The notes under the pieces: generated by a model
Told to the model about the DNA's origin: nothing
The model's database searches: none
The model's input: the letters and a program-made list of their open reading frames with translations, nothing else
Program-made: the position numbers and the translations under genes
Shown here: positions 1 to 11,877 of the stretch, piece after piece
How the letters are laid out: each line of letters starts with the position of its first letter
Numbering within the stretch: the stretch's first letter is position 1
Assembly (NCBI GenBank): GCA_963769425.1
Contig: CAVYLP010000001.1
Span: 160,001-224,000, forward strand
Direction: 5' to 3'
From: Candidatus Bathyarchaeota archaeon
Lineage (GTDB): Archaea; Thermoproteota; Bathyarchaeia; TCS64
DNA: 64,000 nt

Positions 1-2
1 TC

Positions 3-140
3 AGCGCGGTGACGAGGATAAAGGGTCTGGATAAGCCTCAGACACACGAGGACTGGGACGCGATAGGTGAGGCATGGCGCCCTTGGAGGAGCGTCGCCGC
101 CCGCCTCGCTTGGTTCGACTACCTCGACGGGAATCCCTGA
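3..140 (+). CDS. 3' end of DNA-3-methyladenine glycosylase (AlkA/HhH-GPD family), partial
   Basis: Manual translation SAVTRIKGLDKPQTHEDWDAIGEAWRPWRSVAARLAWFDYLDGNP*; WRPWRSxA is typical of the AlkA C-terminus. Confidence 0.75.
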   Translation, partial: SAVTRIKGLDKPQTHEDWDAIGEAWRPWRSVAARLAWFDYLDGNP

Positions 141-644
141 TCACTTCATCCGTTCATTCTGGTAGACCCCGCTGTATCCCTTCTCCACCTCGTCTGTGGA
201 GTAGAAGATGAGCTGCGCGACGCGTGCGTCCTGCTTCAACCTTATGCCGTGTGGGTTGTGGACGACGAGTAGGCTGCTGCTCCTACCTTGATACCCGGGG
301 TCCCACACCGCCGTCTCTATGGCGGCTGCGTTGCGGAGGACTGTGCTCCTGCTCCGCGCAAGGGCGACAACGTTCAGCGGCATCTTCACAGCCTCGTTGT
401 AGACTATCATATAGCAGCCTTCAGGGAGGGTGTACCACCCGTCCGCCCCGGGCCTCAACTGCCTCGTCGGTGCTAGTTTCCTCTCCTTGTTATCGAAGTC
501 GACGGCACCAGCGCCCCAGTAGGCGTGGACCTCCTTTAGGCTGAGGTCGAAGCCTGCGGGCTGGAGCTGCTTCTCGAGGTCGACGTAACCCGTTATGAGC
601 TGCTCTGTCTCGATCAGTTGCTTGAGTGCCTTGGAGTTAAGCAT
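141..644 (-). CDS. dut: Archaeal-type dUTPase (dCTP deaminase/dUTPase family)
   Basis: QPAGFDL, RSRST, WDPGYQGR, ARVAQL and YSGVYQ motifs; the deaminase catalytic Glu (TLE) is absent. Confidence 0.8.
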   Translation of the reverse strand: MLNSKALKQLIETEQLITGYVDLEKQLQPAGFDLSLKEVHAYWGAGAVDFDNKERKLAPTRQLRPGADGWYTLPEGCYMIVYNEAVKMPLNVVALARSRSTVLRNAAAIETAVWDPGYQGRSSSLLVVHNPHGIRLKQDARVAQLIFYSTDEVEKGYSGVYQNERMK

Positions 645-693
645 CGCCTATCAGTTCTGCATACTGTTGCCCTGAAAATAAAAAGGTGACCGG

Positions 694-1035
694 GTGAACC
701 TTTTTTTCAAATGCCCCAGCGATAGTAATGGAAGTACTCGCATATGGATCATCTTGTACTCTGAGAGTAGAAAAATCAAACATTTAGATAATCACCTACT
801 CGCAATCCTTACCGACCTCCTACCGGCCAAGCTCCAAGGCACCACCTTCAGCTTGAATATGACCGGTTCCAGGCTTGGCTTCATCCTCGGACCCATCATT
901 ACGAGGCTACTATATCTTGCCCCTGGGTCGTCGATTCCATTCATCGGCGCTGCGGTGATCTATGCCCTCGCCTTCCCAGTCACGTACCTCTTGAATGACG
1001 GGGCTGAAAGGAATACCCAAGAGCATGATTCGTGA
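694..1035 (+). pseudogene. C-terminal fragment of an MFS transporter
   Basis: From ~790 reads LTDLLPAKLQGTTFSLNMTGSRLGFILGPII followed by TM helices, like the last MFS helices; N-terminal part absent. Confidence 0.55.
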
Positions 1036-1079
1036 TAAATCGCAGGAATTACTTACTCGTGCCAAACGGAGAAGAGATA

Positions 1080-2330
1080 TTAGCTTTCAATCGAAGTCTG
1101 TGGACTTTTCTGATTCATCCATCTCCAAATAAAAACCATCGAGTACGCGAATGCAATTGTATTCGCGATGGCAACTCCGAGTATAATTGGGTCTGTCCAC
1201 GTTATTAGAATGCCTTCGTTCAGGGTCATCATCGCATATACCAAGTTGATTAGCAGTGTCACCGTGATCACCCCGTAGATTGTCCAAACCCTCTTCACGT
1301 ATGGAATCATCAGGGCCAAGAAGCTTAGCGAGGGGAAACTGTACCGCTCGTGAATTCTTGTCGGGAGCATGAAGAATCCGAAGAGGAGTATGAACGCCGC
1401 GAAGAAGACGAGCATCTCCCCCCTTGACTTCAGCCGCTCATCAACAGAGTCTAGGGCGAGGAAGGTCACGACGACGAACATCATCCACCCGATCAGGTAG
1501 GGATTGATGAAAAGGTAGCCTTGGGTGTCAGGCCTCCACATGCCGAAGAGGGCCCAGAGGTTGAAAGCGTTCACGGATGTGTAGGGGTATTTGCCGAAGC
1601 CGAGCAGGTATATGTTGGTCAAGAACGTGATGGGGTTGTCCCACTGGAAGGGCAAGATCATGAGCAGGGTGATGGCAGCGATTATCAGGGTGGATGCGAG
1701 CATCCTACGTAACCCGAACTTCTTGTAGACGAGCAGGGCCATGAGTGGAGCGAGGGCGACGGCCTGGGGCTTTGTAAGGACCGCGAGTGTAAACGTTGAG
1801 ACCGACAGTGTGAACTTCCCCGAGAGAACCAGCACGAAGGATAGCAGGAGGAAGAACGTGTAGATGGAGTCGAACTGGCCCCAGACTGAGGAGTTGAAGA
1901 GGACGGCGGGGTTGAAGGCGTAGGCCGCTGCCGCCAAAAGGGACACCCTTAAACTTGAACGAGACCTCACGAATGAGAATATCAGGTAAACCGTCGCCAT
2001 ATCGAACAACGTCGGAATCAGTTTCACGACATAGGTGATCAGATTCGTCCCGAACAAGGAGAGGCTCTTCGCCGCGCTCCCGAACAGCCAGAAGAGGTAG
2101 ACGTTGAGGGGCGGATAATCACAGTTTGTAACCGAATAGAATGTCTTAAAGCCATAGTCAGCGGCGGCCCTTAACCAGGAAATGTAGAGAGTCAGGTCTC
2201 CCCGAAAGCCTTGCATGGGGAAGAGAAACAGTCTGACCGCGAGGGCACCTAGTATCAGCGCGGCGAGTGGGGTGAACTCCGCCCTCCTGGAAGTTGGGTT
2301 AATCCTGGGGTCCTCCTTCACCACACTCAC
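1080..2330 (-). CDS. GT-C fold membrane glycosyltransferase (mannosyltransferase-like)
   Basis: DYPP, FNPA, WGQFDS, KPQ and HERY motifs; multiple TM helices. Confidence 0.8.
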   Translation of the reverse strand: MSVVKEDPRINPTSRRAEFTPLAALILGALAVRLFLFPMQGFRGDLTLYISWLRAAADYGFKTFYSVTNCDYPPLNVYLFWLFGSAAKSLSLFGTNLITYVVKLIPTLFDMATVYLIFSFVRSRSSLRVSLLAAAAYAFNPAVLFNSSVWGQFDSIYTFFLLLSFVLVLSGKFTLSVSTFTLAVLTKPQAVALAPLMALLVYKKFGLRRMLASTLIIAAITLLMILPFQWDNPITFLTNIYLLGFGKYPYTSVNAFNLWALFGMWRPDTQGYLFINPYLIGWMMFVVVTFLALDSVDERLKSRGEMLVFFAAFILLFGFFMLPTRIHERYSFPSLSFLALMIPYVKRVWTIYGVITVTLLINLVYAMMTLNEGILITWTDPIILGVAIANTIAFAYSMVFIWRWMNQKSPQTSIES

Positions 2331-2436
2331 GCCGCAAGCATGAAATATCTTTCCCTAGCAGCTAAAAAATGGGTAATCTACGGGATTCGTCTCCTCTGAT
2401 TTATATCCAAAGTTGAGTCTTATCATGGATCACGGT

Positions 2437-3426
2437 ATGCGCTTCATAGTCTACGGTGCTGGTGCAATAGGCGGCACCATAGGGGGCCACCTCTTCAGGA
2501 CCGGACACGAAGTCGTCCTGGTGGGGAACGGCAGGCACGTGGATCAGATCAACGCCAAAGGTCTCAAGCTGTTAACACCCGACGAGACCTATGTTCTGCG
2601 AGTCCCCGCCTGCAAGAGGGCGGAAGAGCTCGCCCCATTCCAGAACGACGACGTAGTCATACTGGCGGCGAAGTCCCAACACACAGCTCTCTGCCTCGGT
2701 CAGCTCAAGAACGCGGGCGCAGAGAGGAGCCTCCCAATCTTCTGCGCCCAGAACTCAATAACCAACGAACCCGCCGCTACACGCGTCTTCGACAACGTCT
2801 ACGGCGCGATGATCAATCTGCCCGCCATCTTCCTAAACCCAGGCGAAGTGATCAACCCCATCACGGGCAACGCAGGCTTCATCGAGGTGGGACGCTACCC
2901 CCGAGGGGCCGATGAACTTACGAAGAATGTCGCTTCCGCTCTGAATGTAGCGGGGTTCGCTTGCAGTGTGAATGAGTGGGTGATGCGGGCGAAGGCGGCG
3001 AAGTGCATCCTCAACCTCGGCAATTCCCTCGAGGCGATAACGGACGGCAGGGGTGACGGGGAAGAGTTCATACAGTTCGCGAGGAGTGAGGCGGAGAAGG
3101 TCTGGAGGCTCGCGGGCATCGAGTGGGAGGACTTCGAGTTGTACGAGCGACGCGTCAAAGCTATAAGGGGAACGAACAAGATGCCGAAAGGCTACGAAGG
3201 ACAAAACAAGCGCAGTTCCACTTGGCAGAGCCTCACCAAAGGAACAGGGAACATCGAGGCTGAGGCATTAAACGGTGATATAGTTAAGTTGGGCCGATCC
3301 CTCGGGGTCGAGACGCCCTACAACGAGACCCTGTGGAAGGTCGCTGAGAACATGGCCGCCAAGGGCGAGAAACCAGGGAGATACAATGCCGAGGAACTGA
3401 CACAGATGGTAGATACCCGCAGCTGA
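2437..3426 (+). CDS. Ketopantoate reductase (PanE/ApbA) family oxidoreductase
   Basis: GAGAIGG Rossmann motif, AKSQ, QN, SSTWQSL, EAEALNG and TPYN. Confidence 0.8.
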   Translation: MRFIVYGAGAIGGTIGGHLFRTGHEVVLVGNGRHVDQINAKGLKLLTPDETYVLRVPACKRAEELAPFQNDDVVILAAKSQHTALCLGQLKNAGAERSLPIFCAQNSITNEPAATRVFDNVYGAMINLPAIFLNPGEVINPITGNAGFIEVGRYPRGADELTKNVASALNVAGFACSVNEWVMRAKAAKCILNLGNSLEAITDGRGDGEEFIQFARSEAEKVWRLAGIEWEDFELYERRVKAIRGTNKMPKGYEGQNKRSSTWQSLTKGTGNIEAEALNGDIVKLGRSLGVETPYNETLWKVAENMAAKGEKPGRYNAEELTQMVDTRS

Positions 3427-3669
3427 AAATTGAAGTCATTGGATTTTATACTAGGCCAGGAGCGATTCGACCTTAATGGGTTTAGGTCCAATAATTATTG
3501 AGTGACCACTGTTTTGGCCATTTGGCTAGGTTTGGGTTTGACCGTTTATTCGCGTTGTGATGCGAGTGTTGCGTTAATGGGGTGTTTTGTCGAGTTTGAC
3601 GTTTGTCTTATACATTGAGTCATAGACCCTCATACGGAGGGGGGAGTGGGTTACTAGTAACAAATAACA

Positions 3670-3994
3670 TGATGTTTCTTCTAGCAACCGACAACCGTTT
3701 ATTTGCAGACATATTTGTCCTCGACGAACTCCTATATATATCAAAAAAGAGATATGGCATATCATACGACATAACTAAGGAATTCATCGACGACGTTATC
3801 CTACCAGTAACAGAGATTTCTTCCTTAGACTTGAAAGATTACAAAACCGTTATAGAGGTGATGAAAGAGACTAAGATGAACCCATCGGATGCAATACACG
3901 TCGCATCGATGAGACGAAACGATATTAAACACATAGCTTCAGAGAATATGGGTTCGACAAGGTCAAAACAATAAAACGGATCTGGCTACCATAA
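3670..3994 (+). pseudogene. PIN-domain (VapC-like) nuclease remnant
   Basis: VLDELLY...PSDAIHVASM...IASE, then -1 frame FDKVKTIKRIWLP*; N-terminal Asp strand and antitoxin missing. Confidence 0.65.
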
Positions 3995-4067
3995 TCTCTC
4001 TTCTCTTTTCGACCATGTGGTAGTCATGTGTGGTGAAGGTATTTAGAGCTCCTTGGCAGGTAATATA

Positions 4068-4117
4068 ATTGACATTTCATCGAACTTAATTATAATTAAA
4101 TTCGATTTATGGTCAAT
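4068..4117. promoter_or_regulatory. Imperfect inverted repeat with 11-6-11 core ATCGAACTTAA-TTATAA-TTAAATTCGAT (4079-4106)
   Basis: Read directly; arms differ by one mismatch; outer ATTGAC/GTCAAT pair; lies in a long intergenic AT-rich region. Confidence 0.5.
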
Positions 4118-4692
4118 AATATAGGATTAAAGGCCGCTTATCGACCGAATGATGTGCCAGTTTACGGTTATTACCCTATGATTACGGGCGTATCGTCGCA
4201 GTCGTCTGAGAGCTCTGATTTCCTATGCTTTGGTTATATAATCACGGCGGGTTGGTGCGGATTTTCCCAGTGGGTTTAAAGTCGAGAGTAAGGTGGGTGG
4301 TGAATGTGTTACGGTTTAAAATGGACCTGAAACAGGGTTCTCAACACGTTGAAAACCCCTAAAAAGGTAAGCCGTATTAACCTTGTACATTTGAATGTAC
4401 GGTCGATATTATTGTTCTAACCCGATCTATCGATTTATTATCTATCAACTTTTCTTTCTGTTTGCCTCAGTATGCCTATGATTTTTAGCGTTGTCTTATC
4501 TTGAAGATGTTAGCGGTTACCAGCAGAATGTAAACTCTGCTTAGACGGTGTTTCACGCTCGTTGAGGGTAGATACAGATATACCCGGGAAAAATTCGCTG
4601 AGAGGTATTTTAGCTCAATCCAGTTCGAGTTTACTTGGGGCTAAATCCATGTACATTTTTTCCCCATAATGTACGTTTTATTAACTATTTAT

Positions 4693-5265
4693 TTATGAGA
4701 CGGAGAGTGATGCATAGCCACCCTGATAATCATGTGAAATTACAATATGGAAGTTAATATCGGCCTCTCCAGTGTTGGGATCCACGGATATTTGGAAGAA
4801 TAGTGTTTTGCTGGTATTGGTGGCAACAGAAAGTGGGTACTGATATGTTATTTCCTTTATAATTTTCTTTGAATTCCCAACTAAATGTATCCCAGGAGTT
4901 GAAAGATCTGTAGTGACGAACATCCACATGCTATCTGGAGAAGGTGTCGATTCTAACATCGTATAAGTGACTACAACAGTTTTGGTAGCAGATTTCTGAC
5001 CAGCTTCAACGGTTCCAAAATCTATGCCAAGTGGGTCCACTACCCATAATTCAGTACTCTTACCCTGACCCAGCGATGAAGGCGAAGCTGGAGGAACCGT
5101 GATGTGAACATCGACAACTGCGTTGTATCTGTCGTGAAGAGCTTGGATTGCATTTGAACTATACACATTATAACCGTATCCAGTAATTACTACGAGTACG
5201 ACTCCCACTAAAATTATCATAACCGGTAGAATACGTTCTCTCATCGTTTCATCAGCCTTCTCCAT
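4693..5265 (-). CDS. Hypothetical membrane-anchored/secreted protein
   Basis: 190-aa ORF with N-terminal TM segment and beta-rich domain (IDFGTVEAG). Confidence 0.65.
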   Translation of the reverse strand: MEKADETMRERILPVMIILVGVVLVVITGYGYNVYSSNAIQALHDRYNAVVDVHITVPPASPSSLGQGKSTELWVVDPLGIDFGTVEAGQKSATKTVVVTYTMLESTPSPDSMWMFVTTDLSTPGIHLVGNSKKIIKEITYQYPLSVATNTSKTLFFQISVDPNTGEADINFHIVISHDYQGGYASLSVS

Positions 5266-5326
5266 TCTTCATCGAATTCTTCTTTCGAGACATCCTTCTT
5301 GAAAATCATCATCTCACAACGCCCAA

Positions 5327-5445
5327 GTAAACATGTATTAGTTTACATATTTAACGTTAACGTATATTAGTTTACATTGTAAAATATGACTTAAGATATT
5401 TAACCGGATGAGAACTCTTAAAAAGGTAAACTGACACAGGTTAAC
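5327..5445. promoter_or_regulatory. Three palindromic operator-like boxes GTWAAC-N8-GTTWAC
   Basis: 5327-5346 GTAAAC-ATGTATTA-GTTTAC; 5356-5375 GTTAAC-GTATATTA-GTTTAC; 5426-5445 GTAAAC-TGACACAG-GTTAAC; between divergent genes, one of them an HTH regulator. Confidence 0.65.
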
Positions 5446-5453
5446 TTGGGACT

Positions 5454-5927
5454 ATGAGCTTCTCGACGGCGTACCTTACTATAAGGGAAATAGGCATCTG
5501 GGACCTTAGAAGACAACATAAGACGCAGGCAGAGATAGGTAGACTCCTAGGTTTCACGCGACAGGCATCGAATAGAGCATTTGATGTCATTGACACCAAG
5601 ATTGATAAGGCTTTCAATGAAGCAGCGGTCTCCAATAGCCTCATGGTGAGGAGCATTAATCTCATCGACGGCATAATGGAAGCTTATAGTCCCATACATA
5701 AGATGCAAGTTTTAGTGAGCATGTCCCGAATAAACGGTCTCAGGATCTGGTACATGCATGAAGGACACTGCGACTCTTGCTCCGAGGAGAAGAGCTGCAG
5801 GAAATTTCTCGAGGCTGAGGCGTCTGAGAGGGGTGTTGAGTTAACAAAGGAGGATTGGGGGTTGCCGCCGACTCTACTTGTGTTAAAAGTCTTCTCAAAG
5901 TACTTAGGAGGTTCGAAGGTTGTTTGA
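5454..5927 (+). CDS. HTH DNA-binding protein with C-terminal Cys cluster
   Basis: TQAEIGRLLGFTRQA HTH; HCDSC..C motif. Confidence 0.75.
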   Translation: MSFSTAYLTIREIGIWDLRRQHKTQAEIGRLLGFTRQASNRAFDVIDTKIDKAFNEAAVSNSLMVRSINLIDGIMEAYSPIHKMQVLVSMSRINGLRIWYMHEGHCDSCSEEKSCRKFLEAEASERGVELTKEDWGLPPTLLVLKVFSKYLGGSKVV

Positions 5928-6687
5928 GAAGTTGATTTGTTTTATCTGGGACGCTTGCCCGTTCCCGCCGGGGCTTGAGCCGCCTCGGAAAGAGGGCCTA
6001 TTTTCAACTATAGTAAATGGTAGGTCAACTAATTCTCTGATATATTATGAAAAATGGTATATTGTCTTTTCTTTGTTAGTGTTCTTTATCACTGTGCATG
6101 TTTTACTCTATAATTCTCCGCTCATACTTTTGCTTTGGATGTTTTCACCTCATTTCCTATTTGGAAGTTACCTTAGCCTGACGTCGAGAGTGCAAAAACC
6201 GAAGTATGTTATGAGCAATGTTGTACTACGTGCAATTTGAAACTAGTGGAATAACTTCTTTTACTAAGCTCAATTGTCGGTTGCACTATTTGCTAGTAGT
6301 ACAAAAGGAGGTTTGCAGACGTTTATAACAGTTGATGTATATAACAATTTTTAAATCTAAACCTATTAATATTATTCTAATTTTAAAATGGATTATTTTT
6401 TAAATAAACATGAATGATAGGTTTTATAACTTAGATAATGAGTGTCAACTTTAGTTTCTTAAAGTCGTATTCAATAGAATTTAGTTATTGTGCACACTTC
6501 AAGGGTAACCCTTTTTAGCATTTATATTAATGGTGAGCAGAAAGATGGGTTGACCGACATAGATACTTCTAGAAAATTGAGAAAATTGCCAAACTCTATA
6601 AGTGCCAATTTATTGTTTACAGGTGTTCTAAAAAGTGGTTTTAATACCGATGAGGGTTCGATCAGCCATTAACACGGATGACGTATC

Positions 6688-9600
6688 TTGAATAGAGCCA
6701 CTAGAACCATCCTCCTATTGACTACAATCTTTCTATCACTGATGTTGTTATCTGAGGCGATCAACTTTGCTCCAAAGGTTCCAGTAATAATTCACATAGC
6801 CGGTCAGAAGGAAAACGATTCCAACTCAACGGATCCCGACTTCGGTGAGACTACGGGTTCCATGACCTCAATTGACTCGGGGAAGAACCTCGGTAGCGCA
6901 AGCCTGTTCGAGTTACTTGGAGCCCCTCAGACACCCTACATCAGGTTGCAGGCCTTAGAAGTCTACGACGGGGGCTTCTGGTTCGCCTTCAATGGAACAT
7001 TGAAGGACTATGATCATCGGCCTATTGAGCATGATAATGCTGGGCTCACTGGGTCACTCGCCTCTTTCTACGTGAATCCCATTTACCCGCTGAAGGGGTT
7101 CATCCCATCAGTAATCTATACATCCGAGATTGGGGGATCTGACCAACTCATCTATTACCCTAATCAGCTAGCGTTTTACTCAAAGACTCCGGTTGGCCCT
7201 TATCCTGTCAGATATTATGAATGGTCTCCTCAGGGCTTCAATCTAGAGAATAGTCGACTATTGACAAGCGGAAAATACGTCGCTATCCCGGAGAATCTCA
7301 CCGAGAGGCTGAAGCCATTAGCTTTAAGCATCACCCAGGGGTCCGTTAATGACTACTCCAAGCTGCAGGCCATTGAGTCCTATCTATTGACTCATTATAC
7401 GTATGATTTGAAGTATAACTCTCCCCCGGAGGGAATCGACCCAGTGGAATGGTTCCTATTCGAGGATATGAGAGGCGTATGCTGGCACTTTAACTCAGCA
7501 TTCGTCCTTCTGGCTAGATCGATTGGTCTCCCAGCGAGGCTCGTCACCGGATACATGGTAGATCCCAGAGCAGAGTATCAGGTTGTTAAAGCGGATCAGC
7601 TTCATGCGTGGGCAGAGGCTGAGTTTGATGGATATGGCTGGGTTATTTTCGATGCGTCCCCTGGACAAGTTCTGGACCATGAAGCTCCTGGAATAATACC
7701 AACAAACACGGCGATTACCAATCAGGACAATGTCTGCCTCAAAGGCAAGACGTTTAGTGTTGAGGGCACGGTCACCTCTCCGGTTGGACCAGTAAATGAT
7801 GTCAAGGTAATCGCTTACATGAAGTTGACGAAATTTGACGAGGGCATCCCCGTGGGATTCTCGCAAGTTGTTAACGGAAGCTACCTGATCACCTGCGAGG
7901 CTCCTAGATACTTGAATGTCGGCGACTATTTCATCGAGGTAAACACGGTCACGAATAGGGTTTATATGGGGTCCTCTAGTGACCCACCGATTATGCTCAA
8001 AGCCGAGACTTTCTTCAACGTGTCCCTCCCATCGATGGTCATAGCCGATAAGCCATTCAATATCGAAGGTGTGCTAAGGGAAAAAGAGAGTTCAACAGTC
8101 GTCCCCAACGTCTTTTATTACCTTGAAGCAGACGAACCAACTCTGAATTGGGACGTCGTCGATGGCGGAATACAAATAATCCTGGGGGGATTTAGTGGAA
8201 CCAACAGCTCAGGATCCGTAGGCACAACCATTTCGTTAGGCAACGTAACTGAAGTGCCGCCGAATCAGTGGACTATTCATAGTAACCTTTACGAATACTA
8301 TTCGGGACAAACGGGTAAAATTATTATTTCAAGGGGCGGATTGCCGCCCGGCAATTACTCATATACACTGAGATGGGATGGTACCGAGTATCTCCTCCCC
8401 GCGTCCGAGAGCAAGGTGATTTGGTCAGTTCCCCTCACGGTGACACCAAAGACGCCTGAGAAGATATTCAGGTCTGAAACAACCCAACTTACCGGAACCA
8501 TACATGCCATGAACCTGACGGGGGGCAATGAGAGAGTGCAAATCATTAAAAACGGCATGTACATGGGAAGCGTGGTAAGTGATGACAATGGAGTCTTCAA
8601 GCTGCCCTTAACTATGGCTCAGGACAGCCCCCTAGGAAATATAACTATAGAATATGTGTTGGAGCGTAACAATTACATTGCAACTAGGAACGCCACAGTT
8701 TACGCAAAGACACAGCTAATTACACTTGACCAAAAACTAGGCTACTGGTATAATCCTTTCAACGTCACAGCTTGGCTAACTGATGATTTCAGTGAACCCA
8801 TGCAGGGGATGAACGTCACATTAAGCTACATCGACGGCGGAGTGTCGACAACTCGTACTTTGACTACTGATGAATCGGGTTCAGCTGTGTTTCCTATAAA
8901 GTTAACCACGAGCCCGGGCTCCGACATAGTTCACTTCAATTTAACGTCGCAGAATTATGGATTCTACTACCCCGCTAGACTTGAAGAAGACATAAGTTTC
9001 ACACCTGTGGTGGATTACATTGGCTCAAGTCTTCAGATCTTCCTTATTGTTGTCTCTCTTGTTACGGTGTTCTTCTTCTCGAGAAGAGCCATAACTTCTC
9101 GAGGCGTGAAGATAAAACAAGAGAGAACAAGGAGTGCATCGGTCATCGAGCCCGAGTTATCGACGTTGGTTCAAACCGATGAACTCGGATTAGGCTACAT
9201 AAAACCAATGGAGAATGACTTCTCAATCGATATAGTTACTCCTCAGATTAGAGCCCCGTACCTGACGGTCTGGGGCGTGGACGATCCATTGATTCTGGAT
9301 ATCACGCTGAGTGATAAGAAAGGTAAACCAGTATCCAATTCCAAGTTGATAATCGATGATGGAGAGAAATCAACTTCACTTGTGACCAGTGAAAAAGGAG
9401 AGTTGGAATTCACCAAATCATACGCTGATCTAGGGATTAAAGAAGTCAAGGTACGATATAATTATGCAAAAGGCCCTGTTGAGTGTATATTCAGAGTTAG
9501 GATCGTGGCGTATAGGAGTGAAGTGATCAAGCTGCTGAACGAGTATCTAGAGAGGGTTAGAAAGGAGAGGGATTTCAGTGATAAGCATACAGTCAGAGAG

Positions 9601-9768
9601 ATCATTGAGGCAATAAAACTTAGAACCCCAAAATCGAAGCACCAAGACCTTGAGACACTCGTCGACCTCTTCGAGGAGGCTGAATATAGCTTACATTCTA
9701 TCAACCGCGAGTATTATGAGCGATTCTATTCCGCTGAGACGCGGAGTCTGGAGGTCTTTAAATTTTGA
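6688..9768 (+). CDS. Transglutaminase-like domain membrane protein with Ig-like repeats
   Basis: GVCWHF (Cys), LHAWAE (His), FDAS (Asp) triad; PARLVTGY; N- and C-proximal TM; C-terminal FEEAEYS (DUF4129-like). Confidence 0.85.
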   Translation: MNRATRTILLLTTIFLSLMLLSEAINFAPKVPVIIHIAGQKENDSNSTDPDFGETTGSMTSIDSGKNLGSASLFELLGAPQTPYIRLQALEVYDGGFWFAFNGTLKDYDHRPIEHDNAGLTGSLASFYVNPIYPLKGFIPSVIYTSEIGGSDQLIYYPNQLAFYSKTPVGPYPVRYYEWSPQGFNLENSRLLTSGKYVAIPENLTERLKPLALSITQGSVNDYSKLQAIESYLLTHYTYDLKYNSPPEGIDPVEWFLFEDMRGVCWHFNSAFVLLARSIGLPARLVTGYMVDPRAEYQVVKADQLHAWAEAEFDGYGWVIFDASPGQVLDHEAPGIIPTNTAITNQDNVCLKGKTFSVEGTVTSPVGPVNDVKVIAYMKLTKFDEGIPVGFSQVVNGSYLITCEAPRYLNVGDYFIEVNTVTNRVYMGSSSDPPIMLKAETFFNVSLPSMVIADKPFNIEGVLREKESSTVVPNVFYYLEADEPTLNWDVVDGGIQIILGGFSGTNSSGSVGTTISLGNVTEVPPNQWTIHSNLYEYYSGQTGKIIISRGGLPPGNYSYTLRWDGTEYLLPASESKVIWSVPLTVTPKTPEKIFRSETTQLTGTIHAMNLTGGNERVQIIKNGMYMGSVVSDDNGVFKLPLTMAQDSPLGNITIEYVLERNNYIATRNATVYAKTQLITLDQKLGYWYNPFNVTAWLTDDFSEPMQGMNVTLSYIDGGVSTTRTLTTDESGSAVFPIKLTTSPGSDIVHFNLTSQNYGFYYPARLEEDISFTPVVDYIGSSLQIFLIVVSLVTVFFFSRRAITSRGVKIKQERTRSASVIEPELSTLVQTDELGLGYIKPMENDFSIDIVTPQIRAPYLTVWGVDDPLILDITLSDKKGKPVSNSKLIIDDGEKSTSLVTSEKGELEFTKSYADLGIKEVKVRYNYAKGPVECIFRVRIVAYRSEVIKLLNEYLERVRKERDFSDKHTVREIIEAIKLRTPKSKHQDLETLVDLFEEAEYSLHSINREYYERFYSAETRSLEVFKF

Positions 9769-10896
9769 TTAGGAAGATGACTCGATCCATCTCACTCTTA
9801 ACCTTAATCTCCATATTTCTGGTAGCCACAATTCTTGTACTGGGATATGCAGTAGCCTCATTCATAGCGTTAATAGTTCTACTATACACCTCCATCGTCG
9901 TCTCAAAACTCTATAAGGGACAGCTCGTTTCCGCGTTAACAACCAGCCTTAATCTGCTCTCAGTTCCAACCTTCGTTGCGCTTCTACCATCCTGGGAGGG
10001 AGCCTATCCATATTTTAAGCCGCTTTCCTATTCGATTCTTCTGGGAGTGTTAGCATACTCCTTTTTCTTGATCATTAACTCAGTGTCGGAGAACTATCGG
10101 GAGATCATATACCCTGTTTCAAGAAGTATGCTCCTAGCGTTAGTGGGACTGATTCTCTGGTATCTTATCGAATCAAATCATATCTCCCAAGACTGGGATA
10201 CGGGAGGGAATAGGCTACGTCATTCTAGTCAGCTTCTTAGGTACGGGTTTGTTCTCTCTGTTCGAAGCTATCAGGGAGCTCCCAGGGAGAACCATCTCTT
10301 TTATAGCTACATACCTGAGCAGAAACTTGTGGCGGAGGTCTATTTTCCTCCTGTTGACCTCGGCTTACCTGTTCGTCGGCAGAGGCATTCTAATAAATAG
10401 ATATCCTGATGCTCAGACTTACCTGATAGTAGCTGAATGGATCACTCTTAGCGCATTAGTGCTCCGATCATATTGGCAGTTCAAGGGATTCATTGAGAAC
10501 GAGTACGTTAAGCCGGATCAAATTGAGAATTGGAGCCGCCATGTACAGAGTATCGAATGGGCGACCGACGAGAGGATGAAAGGGATCGCTGATTCGATAC
10601 AGGACTTTCCTTGACCGAGGAGTCAAAGACTCCCTCGTCGTCTGCCTCGTAGGCTTGATGAGGGACGCAGGTGAACTTGAGGACAGCATAACGTCAAGCC
10701 TCTCTCCACTAATTGAATACGAGGACTTGCGCCCCGGTGTCGTATTCCACACGTTGCAAAAGGAGTACATTGAAGAGAAGAATAGGAAACGTCGCATGTC
10801 GATATTCTCCGGGACACTCAGCCAGTTGAGTAAGATAGGATTGAAGATACAGTTGCCAGAAGGCACATTATCTACAGCGAATGAAGGTGACCTAAA

Positions 10897-10906
<10 letters not shown>
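9765..10906 (+). pseudogene. Multi-pass membrane protein, split by about two frameshifts
   Basis: Consecutive overlapping ORFs 9765-10400, 10249-10614 and 10655-10906 in different frames. Confidence 0.55.
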
Positions 10907-11872
<966 letters not shown>

Positions 11873-11877
11873 CTCCA

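Noticed and set aside
5920-6672. ORFs 5920-6240 and 6490-6672
   Set aside because: AT-rich, no recognisable motifs; probably spurious or heavily decayed
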